A DNA stretch of 64,000 nucleotides from Glycera tridactyla (lineage: Eukaryota), in NCBI GenBank assembly GCA_965644265.1, contig OZ286476.1, positions 8,618,001 through 8,682,000 on the forward strand, in the 5' to 3' direction. Positions 1 to 8,016 of this stretch are shown here, piece after piece. The translations under genes were made by a program, and so were the position numbers. Under the pieces are notes generated by a model that searched no databases, was not told the DNA's origin, and saw nothing but the letters and a program-made list of their open reading frames with translations. Within the stretch, counting starts at the first letter, position 1. Each line of letters starts with the position of its first letter.

Positions 1-985
1 TAGTTTTTACTGGAGCATGTATATCTATCATGGTAGAGATTTTTCCCGAAAATTCAGAACAGGCGCCGTCAATATCTAGTGACTCTTCATCAAAGTTGAA
101 CTCAACCGAACTTAAGTCTGATATATACGAATCAGTGTCAAAATCTCTGTAAGAACGAAAAGTCATTTGAACCTTCTGCTGGCGGGTCTTTTTACGTTTC
201 CTGCATACATAGACCAAGTGATGATCGCTCAGTCTGGGGTCATGTGTGCCAGCTATGTTAAAGAAACTTTTGTTTGAAACGAGAATGTGGTCAATTATCG
301 TCGAGGTCGACTTGGTAATCCTCGTCGGTGAATCTATCAATTGAGTCAATGAGTTTGACTTAATGAAACAGGTATAAAGCTTAATTGCAGGTAGTCTACA
401 CTTACTCACATCAAGGTTCATATCCCCCATCAAGACCAGGTCGGACCTTGGGAACGAAGATTCGATCGATTGTATTGAGGTAGACAGGTGCTCGATAAAT
501 ACATTGTCATCGCCGTCTGGCGGTCGGTAGATTGAGCCAATGACCGTAGGTCTACAGTTTGGGATGCTAATTACAATCCACAGACATTCAATGTGAGGGT
601 TACAAATATTCAATTCAGGTAAAATTGATGTTGCAAATATTAGGTTTGAGTATAACACTAGACCTCCTCCACAAGTCTTTCCACTTGCCATCGTACGATC
701 AGATCTAAACTTATTGTAATTTGGTATTTCCAATTCGGCATCTGTGATACTGTCATTTAAAAATGTCTCGCTCAATAGGAGAAAGTCTAGTTTACTCGTC
801 TCCAACAGAAGACTGACGTCGTCTATTTTTCTTGTTAAACTCTGGATATTCAGGGAAGCAAACGTCATACCTGGAAGATTTGAAAGTGAGGCTGATGTGT
901 AATCCACTTTCGATATAGCTTGTCGTGTTGGAAAGATAAACGTTTTACGTCGCCTATTATTTGCACCATCATTCAAGGTTTCCAT
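1..985 (-). CDS. LINE ORF2 N-terminus: apurinic-like (APE/EEP) endonuclease domain, open to the window edge (partial, 328 codons)
   Basis: Manual translation from ATG 985 with no stop: LNIQSL, LLLSETFL, GGGLVLY, IYRPP, LMGDMN, PTRIT, IDHILV, LSDHHLVY, then FRSY and IHAPVKT, typical of CR1/L2-group ORF2. Missing from the ORF track because it has no stop inside the window. Confidence 0.92.
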   Translation of the reverse strand, partial: METLNDGANNRRRKTFIFPTRQAISKVDYTSASLSNLPGMTFASLNIQSLTRKIDDVSLLLETSKLDFLLLSETFLNDSITDAELEIPNYNKFRSDRTMASGKTCGGGLVLYSNLIFATSILPELNICNPHIECLWIVISIPNCRPTVIGSIYRPPDGDDNVFIEHLSTSIQSIESSFPRSDLVLMGDMNLDVSKCRLPAIKLYTCFIKSNSLTQLIDSPTRITKSTSTIIDHILVSNKSFFNIAGTHDPRLSDHHLVYVCRKRKKTRQQKVQMTFRSYRDFDTDSYISDLSSVEFNFDEESLDIDGACSEFSGKISTMIDIHAPVKT

Positions 986-1373
986 CAATTTTCTATATAA
1001 TAAAGTTATATGCACTATATACACCCTAGGGGTGCTATAAGTAGATGCAAGTTACCTGGTGGTTGTGCCGGAGAAGCACAACGATCGGTAATTTTGTTGG
1101 GGTATTTGTCTGAAATAGACCGCTTTGACCACACAAGATAGGTACTGACACCAATTGTCCAAGGGGGGGGGGGTAGATAATAGTGTATTGCAGCAGGTTG
1201 CTATTTCCCAGCGAATCATATTTTAATCCAAAGTATCATAAATCGTTGATATTTAGAGTACCAATATCTGTTGAATAACTCACAGGTAACTCAAGTTACT
1301 CATTTCCATTTGTCAATCATCCAGTTAACATGTTAAATCGTGACTGGTGGAAGTATAGAGACCAATTTGAGTT

Positions 1374-2587
1374 AGTGATGTTACCTATGACGGCTCCTTC
1401 ACATATTCATATCGATCTCTTCACCCATTCGAATTGTCTAGTCAGTTGGATCAAGTTATGACGTCATAGATAAATACTATAGTAAGCAATATATTTAAGA
1501 TCGTGATAAGATACAATAAATCTCTACTAGGATCCAATGATATAAGGCCGATAGCATGATAGAATCAGTCTTGCAAGTCCTTGTAAATGATTAGAGTTGC
1601 ATACTACATCTCCGTCACCCCGCCAATTTGGACCAAGTCATGATAGTAGGTACAATTACTGTTATAGGCAACATTTGGCAATATAATATTAGTTCTGGGG
1701 ATACCTTGAGCCGGCTCCACTTCCGACATACGACTACATTGCGGGTAATCCATTTACCACTGTCTAACAATATTGTCGTAAATGTCAAATCGTGCATTTG
1801 TTTTTAGTCTCTCGAAAGGAGTTTCTACCAGATTCTACGAGTTACGTCACCTATGACGGCTGCGTCACTTGGTCATCTGGAGTCATTTGATGTCTAGGCC
1901 ACCGACTAAATCCCGATCGGTACAGCAAAACCAGAAACAGGTGAGAGGAAGCCAGTATAACCAGTGATGTCACCTATGACGGCTTCGTCACTTCGTCAAA
2001 CCGGAGCAGGTTAAATGAGACCGGTATGACCAATGATGTCACCTATGATGGCTCCGTCACTTTGTCGAACCGGAAACAAATGAGAAGAAACATGTCTAAC
2101 TAGTGATGTTGCCTATGATGGCGGCGAGTATTCCATGTACCGTTATCAAACAATATTATCATAATTGTTAAATCATAAATCTGGTCGAGGCCTCTAATAA
2201 AAGAAAAAGTAGTAACCAGATTCACGAGTGACATCACCTATGACGGCTCCGTCACTAGGTCATCTGGTGTTATTTGATGTCTAGTCCACCGACTGAATCC
2301 TAGTCGGTACGGCAAACCGGAAACAGGTGATAGGAAGCCAGTGTGACTAGTGATGTTACCCATGACGGTTCCATCGCTTTGTCAAACCGGAGGGAGTTAG
2401 ATGAAAACAATATGACTGGTGATATCACCTATGACAGCTCCGTCACTTTGTCGAGCCGGAAGCAGATGAAGAGAAACAAGTCTGACTAGTGATGTCACCT
2501 ATGACGGCTCCATCACTTTGTCAACCGTCGGCGAGAGAGGATAACCCAGTATGACCAGTGATGTCACCTATGACGGCTCCGTCACTT
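1374..2587. repeat. Array of ~10 copies of a 31-bp palindromic motif (consensus AGTGAYGTCACCTATGACGGCTCCGTCACTT) with 69/70-bp and 122/123-bp spacing
   Basis: Copies start at 1374, 1840, 1963, 2032, 2102 (partial), 2227, 2349, 2418, 2488 and 2557. There is a higher-order ~386-bp duplication (1840-2121 vs 2227-2518). An isolated perfect palindrome TATGACGTCATA lies at 1457-1468. Confidence 0.95.
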
Positions 2588-2611
2588 TGTCCGACTGGCG
2601 AAAGCCTCACA

Positions 2612-3529
2612 TCAATCTCCTGATGATGTTGGTGTTATCTTGTTACACTGGCCCTTCCAGATATCCATCAATTTAGGGATCACGTCTCGTATGAGAACGG
2701 TGTTCCCGTCATCCGAAAGGTGAATATTATCTACACACATCAGTGAAGGGATGATGTCATCGGGCCCATGAGCTGCTGTGGGTGAATATTTGCGATATGT
2801 GTAGATTGCTCTCGTATTCAGCCTCTTGATATGGAATGAGCTTCTCAGACTATGGCAGATCATGCTGTCAATTTTCGCACCAAGCAGTCTGGCTTCGTAG
2901 CACCACCATGAACGGGGAAAGATTGGTATATACGCCCAAGGTTGAGTAGGGTATCTACTTTTTAAGAACGAGAACAAATCAACGGCTTCCGGCTCTAGTT
3001 GGTCACGCCAGACTTGCATATCTAGTGGGGCTTTCCATTTATATTCAGACTCGGTATTTTGTTTCTTGAGGTGGTCCAAAAAGCTATTTCCATCATCGGC
3101 GTCATTTGAGCCTAATATTAATAGGACGATGTCGGGATTGAAGTCCCAGTCTTCTGAGGCCAACCATTGGTCACCCAGGTGGGCTTTAGATGAAGGCAGT
3201 TCAAATCCCTTCAAATTTTGTCTCAAACGCCATATTTTGGAGCCACCTACCGCTAAACTCTTCACATTCTTGCTACTCAGAAATTTAGCCACTTTGTCGT
3301 CAGGCGAGAGTTTGTCTATGAAAGTAGAAAGCCGAGCGGCATGCGAGTTCCCAACGAGCAGGACATTTGGCGCTCCATATTTCTCCAAAGTGGTAATTGA
3401 CTGAGAGTATCCAGCATCAAAACCCGTGTTTAAGCGTTCAGTTGCTCGTGTATTATCCTCGTCACTAGATATCCGTATTGTTGCGTGCACTCTCCTAATG
3501 TACCTCCGAAAGATTGGTTCCAATGCCAT
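2612..3529 (-). CDS. SGNH/GDSL hydrolase (esterase)-like protein, 305 aa
   Basis: All four SGNH blocks are in order: I VLLVGNSH (catalytic Ser), II AVGGS, III LILGSND, V DNIH (DxxH). The ORF is uninterrupted. Esterase domains are known from ORF1 of some CR1/L2/RTEX retrotransposons. Confidence 0.85.
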   Translation of the reverse strand: MALEPIFRRYIRRVHATIRISSDEDNTRATERLNTGFDAGYSQSITTLEKYGAPNVLLVGNSHAARLSTFIDKLSPDDKVAKFLSSKNVKSLAVGGSKIWRLRQNLKGFELPSSKAHLGDQWLASEDWDFNPDIVLLILGSNDADDGNSFLDHLKKQNTESEYKWKAPLDMQVWRDQLEPEAVDLFSFLKSRYPTQPWAYIPIFPRSWWCYEARLLGAKIDSMICHSLRSSFHIKRLNTRAIYTYRKYSPTAAHGPDDIIPSLMCVDNIHLSDDGNTVLIRDVIPKLMDIWKGQCNKITPTSSGD

Positions 3530-3660
3530 ATTTGGAGAACTCTGGATCGATAGCGCTAATCATACGATAGTAGAGGGTCTCTGTTGAACTCTGCAGGAGC
3601 AGCACTATTTGTTTTGATCAGTTAGTGCTAAATAGGTCGCGTGTGGTTGTTTGCGCTGAT

Positions 3661-5304
3661 CTAGCGTGGCACACCTGTCCCCCCACGCGCTGTTCCGCGT
3701 TGCGATCCACCGCCTCTCGAGTACAAGGCCTGTCGGTTACGACGGTCATCATTATCACTATATGCGTCGTCCCTTCTCCTATTGTCATACGTCCTTCGTC
3801 CTATACGTCCTTCACTTACTCTACTTGCATATGTTGCCTTCCTGTCTTCCCTTGACGCATGTTCAATTACACGATTCGTCCCCTTTTTTTCCTTGTCCCC
3901 ATGTTTGTCAGTGTTTGAGGTTGGCGCAATTTCATTGGTGTTGTTTTTGTCGTTATTCATGGCCATGTCTCTATTGATGGCTTGAAGGCCCTCAAGGTCG
4001 TTCATGACTACTGGTTTGCCATCCGGGCTTTCAGTGGCCCAGACCAACCCATCATGTGTCCACACATTTTCCAGTAGATTGCTCTTTTTCGCTACTCGCG
4101 CCTAGTAGAAAACTCTATTATTTCTATTTGTTAAGTATTCTTTGAAGAAGACATCCGTGGTTCGCAATCTTCCCTTTGTTTTCATGAGCCGTCGCTTAGT
4201 TTCTGGGTCACGGAATCTTACAAGGATAGATCTTGGCTTGAGTTTGATATTTCCAAAGAATGTGCATTTTACAATCTCTTCTCTTTTCAATGTGATGCCT
4301 GTGTATAATTCTACATAATAAATGACATTTTCAATCAGTGAGTAGCCCTCGTCAATCCTCATTCCCTCTATGATAAGGCATCCAAGGCGATCGTTTATCT
4401 CCAGGTTTTCGATGCGGTGCTGGGTTATTCGATCTGGGGTCAACACTTGAGCGGGTATACTGTCTACCATGTCACTTGCAGTTGGTAAGTTATCTAGTCT
4501 TGATAGGTGGTCAGCCATTTTGCTGCAGTTACTGTCCAGCATACGGATAGTTTTGCTGTTTTCGGACACTAGGGCGTTCATTTTTCTTATCTGATTCGAG
4601 TGTGATAATAATTCACTACTCACTTGTCCCATGACACTTTTAGTGATGGTTTTCCCGAGTGCATCTGTTTTCCCAGTCGCATCTTCTAATATTTCCTTTT
4701 TTGCCACAATTAGAGAGTTATCTAATAGTGACTCAAATTGAGAATGTATATTCATTTTCAGTGTGCTGATAGAATCCTCAAGTGGTTTTTTGTTTTCACC
4801 TTTCAGTTGTTTTACTTCCTCCTTGATTTCAACCAATTCTTTTTCCCGACTTTTTAACTCCATATTCATTTCTTGCTTTACTGAATTTGTAATATCATTG
4901 GTCACTTCGTGCATGAGTGTTTGCCGCATTTCACTCTTGATTTCTTCCTTTAGTTCAGCTTTCATTTCATGTTTCATTTCCCTTTTTACCTCATCCTTCA
5001 TTTTGTTTATCACAGATACAGTCCAATTTGGTGTAGACTCTTGTGTAGACAAGGTTTGACTTGAGGGACATTGGTTAGTCATTGTATGTTCTAGTAGTGA
5101 TGTTTCCCAAAAACTTGAGGCATTCGGGTTCGTGTGGGTGATACCTTCCATTCCCAGTTCTCTAGTGTATTCCCGTTTGAAGGAGATCAGTGATAAGTCA
5201 TTGTTATCCTTTTTCTTTTCCTGTATTAGACTTGCATTGTTGGACACGAGATTCCTGTCCACGTTCGAACAGAGTACGTTCATGTTCACCATCATTACTC
5301 TCAC
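3661..5304 (-). pseudogene. L1-type ORF1 (coiled coil + RRM-like + C-terminal domain) split by one in-frame TAG at 4102-4104
   Basis: Heptad-rich EMK/EIK coiled coil, LIIEG, PRSILVRF, then FFKEYLTNRNNRVFY*ARVAKKSNLLENVWTHDGLVW (E-x-L-T...AR...W-T-x-D-G pattern of L1-like ORF1 C-termini). The ORFs 4102-5304 and 3661-4065 share one frame. The C-terminus is R/G-rich. Confidence 0.78.
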
Positions 5305-6482
5305 TTTCTGATTGGCTATCCCGAAGCAGAGAATCAGTTGGGCTCGTTGGAGAGCGAACTCTTCGACGTTTGGTGTCTCTATTCTGCTTGATCGCTACTG
5401 GTGTACTACTAAGTGGGCGGTGATTGATTTTTGGGGAAGCCTTCGAGAAACTTGCTACATATGCATTTTCATGTGCAATTGTGAATTTGTCAGACACGTA
5501 TTGTGAAGTTTCAGTGGTGTTGGCGGCACGAGCGTTAATATCACTCACGCGCTTAATTGGTGTTTGCTGGAGCGTTTCTTCCGCAGGCTCCATCTCCATT
5601 CCCGCGGATGGTGACCCTGGAGCAATACTGCTTTCATCAATCCCAATACTACTTGTCTGTGATGGAGCAATTGGGTCATTATCACCTTCAGAATTAATGT
5701 CAATGTCACCGTAATGGTCAGATTCGCCAGGAGCATGCGGAGACGGGGGTTGGGGATTGAGAAGTGTCTCAGCATTTCTTCTTGCATTATCGAAGAAACT
5801 TTTCATGGACGAATTTACAGTTTCGTGAATAACTTTTAAGACAATTTTATCTGTACGCTGCGACCGTGGTGAGGACAGTGTTATCGAGGGGTGCGGGGAG
5901 CAAGCATTCTCACTAGGCACAGTCTCATTGCTCGTATCACCTGGTGTTGGTTGGGTATCGCCTTTGTTGGTGTTTGGCGATGTTTGTGATGTTTGTGATG
6001 TTTGTGGCTTTACTTGTCGGGAGTGTAGGTAGAGTGTGACCAATAGCGTGCGCTGTCGTGACCTTAGGATGTACGCCACTCGCGGTCACGGCTGTGGGCG
6101 ATGACCGTAAAACAGGTCGCGTAACCTCTTGCGGCTTAGGCTCACTCACCATGGCCATTGGCTGCGCGGCTCTAGCAAAGGCGGTTAGATCGCTCGTAGA
6201 ACGCGATTTCGAGAAGGCTTTCAACACCGTGTACGGTGTGGTAGCTGGTGGGGTAGCCGGCGGTGGTTGGGGGGACCCGGTCAAACTCTCTCGGGAAGTT
6301 GACTCTCGGGAAGTTGACTCAATATCGCTCACACTCACCCCCAGCGGTTTGTCCGACTTTATCTTCCTTCGCATTAGTTCCAATATACTTCCTGACTTAT
6401 GTCGAGTCTTCACCGCCTGCTTAGGACCATTATCAGAGTCATCCTTCTTCTTGGTGGACTTTGGTTGCCCCTTGGACGGCAT
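5204..6482 (-). pseudogene. Probable low-complexity (S/T/P-rich) N-terminal extension of ORF1, in two overlapping frames
   Basis: ORFs 5937-6482 and 5204-6079 overlap each other and the 4102-5304 ORF, each with a +1 offset. Internal 15-bp (STSRE x2) and 9-bp (x3, 5979-6005) duplications are frame-preserving. No recognisable domain. Confidence 0.45.
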
Positions 6483-7479
6483 ATTTACGACGAATGTGCA
6501 GTCTCGATCAGATGTGCGTGTTACTCCATGTATGCCAGCTTGTTACCAGTTACCAGGCATGCATTCTGAAGACCTCTTCACTCCACTGATATATCTCTCT
6601 GTTGAAATTAGCTTAACCCTCTCAATGTGAGCTTTCTCAATTCCCAAAATATTAAGACACCCAAGCAAAAAAATTCCACTACCTGATTAACGACGAAAAA
6701 ATATATTATCCTNNNNNNNNNNNNNNNNNNNNNNNNNNNNNNNNNNNNNNNNNNNNNNNNNNNNNNNNNNNNNNNNNNNNNNNNNNNNNNNNNNNNNNNN
6801 NNNNNNNNNNNNNNNNNNNNNNNNNNNNNNNNNNNNNNNNNNNNNNNNNNNNNNNNNNNNNNNNNNNNNNNNNNNNNNNNNNNNNNNNNNNNNNNNNNNN
6901 NNNNNNNNNNNNNNNNNNNNNNNNNNNNNNNNNNNNNCAACACCACAACTACTATCCCCAATTCCAACATTAACCGCCACCACACCGGCGAAAGCAGAAC
7001 CGCCCCTTCTACCATCATCACCACAACCNNNNNNNNNNNNNNNNNNNNNNNNNNNNNNNNNNNNNNNNNNNNNNNNNNNNNNNNNNNNNNNNNNNNNNNN
7101 NNNNNNNNNNNNNNNNNNNNNNNNNNNNNNNNNNNNNNNNNNNNNNNNNNNNNNNNNNNNNNNNNNNNNAATCACGATCGTCAATGGGAGAAGGGAAGTG
7201 TTCTCGTGCTATTCAGACCCCTCAGCTGAATATACCAGAGCTGAATCATATATGAGATGCTCTTGGCAATGTCATCAGCATGTAATCAGCAGGTAATTGT
7301 GATAGATGGCCATCATAGCCTTGTCCTGAATAATAAGTTAGCAGTGAATGGTTTCAAAAATGTCTCTCTACGGTATCACACCAACGGGCGACTGGCTGCA
7401 ATCCTCCCCGTCCTTTCAATTCCGATTATACCACTCCAGTCTAGACTGTCTTCAAAGGCAGCAAGTCGTCATGATCAAT

Positions 7480-7780
7480 TGCTACTTGTCCAACTTCCAC
7501 CTATTCTTTATTTAGTCCAATGGTCGTTAAGGACATCAATGAAATTGTCAGCAGGATGTTAAACTCGAAAAGTGGTGAAAATGACAGCCTACCGCCAACC
7601 ATTCTGAAATGGATAGTCCCATCTATTGGGGTCTTCTCGATCTTTGATATGAGCATAAAAAAACGTATATCCGGAGATTTGGAAAAATGGCATAATCACC
7701 CCTGTTTTTGAGGACAGTGACAAGAGGAATCTCTCAAACTACAGACCAATAACTGTTCTCAGTCCAGTGACTCAAGATAT
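7480..7780 (+). mobile_element. Degenerate LINE reverse transcriptase fragment
   Basis: Frameshifted remnants ENDSLPPTILK...IFDMSI...IITPVFEDSDKRNLSNYRPITVLS match the pre-RT/domain 0-1 'NYRPI' region. Confidence 0.65.
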
Positions 7781-7877
7781 CAATGAGATATGGGTAGTGG
7801 TATGTTCGAAGTGACACCTACTTCCACTTGACGTGGAGACACCACATTCAGCTCTCGATGTCTGGATCATGCGGCAT

Positions 7878-8016
7878 AGATAAATAGACAAAACGACATG
7901 CGTATGTGATACGAGAGCTGGGATCGGGATGCCGGCGGCAGGGACACCTCGTGTCCCGCCGCCGGCTTCCCAATCCCAGGTCGAGTGTCACATACGCATG
8001 TCGTTCTGTTTTTATC
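7878..8016. repeat. Long imperfect palindrome (~57-bp core stem, 3-nt loop CTC at 7948-7950)
   Basis: AACGACATGCGTATGTGA...GCCGGCGGCAGGGACAC pairs with GTGTCCCGCCGCCGGC...TCACATACGCATGTCGTT. Confidence 0.9.

Larger units (their letters stand above)
1..6546 (-). mobile_element. Non-LTR retrotransposon (CR1/L2-like), 5' portion: ORF1-like, SGNH esterase ORF, repeat array, ORF2 (APE; RT expected beyond window start)
   Basis: All ORFs are co-oriented on the minus strand in retrotransposon order. Sequence right of ~6547 is homologous to the host tandem unit (38630, 62807), which places the 5' junction. That all parts form one element is an inference; the 3' end is outside the window. Confidence 0.7.

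Noticed and set aside
1840-2587. CRISPR array (palindromic ~31-bp repeats with ~38-bp spacers)
   Set aside because: The linkers are homologous to each other (TGTCRAACCGGA...ATGA...TATGACY) and duplicated in a higher-order pattern. There are no cas genes, and the context is a eukaryotic retrotransposon.
1840-2587. Hammerhead ribozyme or box C/D snoRNA array
   Set aside because: No CTGATGA/GAAA core in a suitable arrangement on either strand. TGATGT is better explained as a deaminated TGACGT.
3066-6630. Plus-strand ORFs opposite the LINE ORFs (and 29584-34835 opposite the DIRS ORFs)
   Set aside because: Antisense shadows of real coding sequence.
6608-7184. ORFs spanning N-runs (also near 17.9k, 20.9k, 38.6k, 42-43.6k, 52.1k)
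   Set aside because: They are open only because Ns contain no stops.
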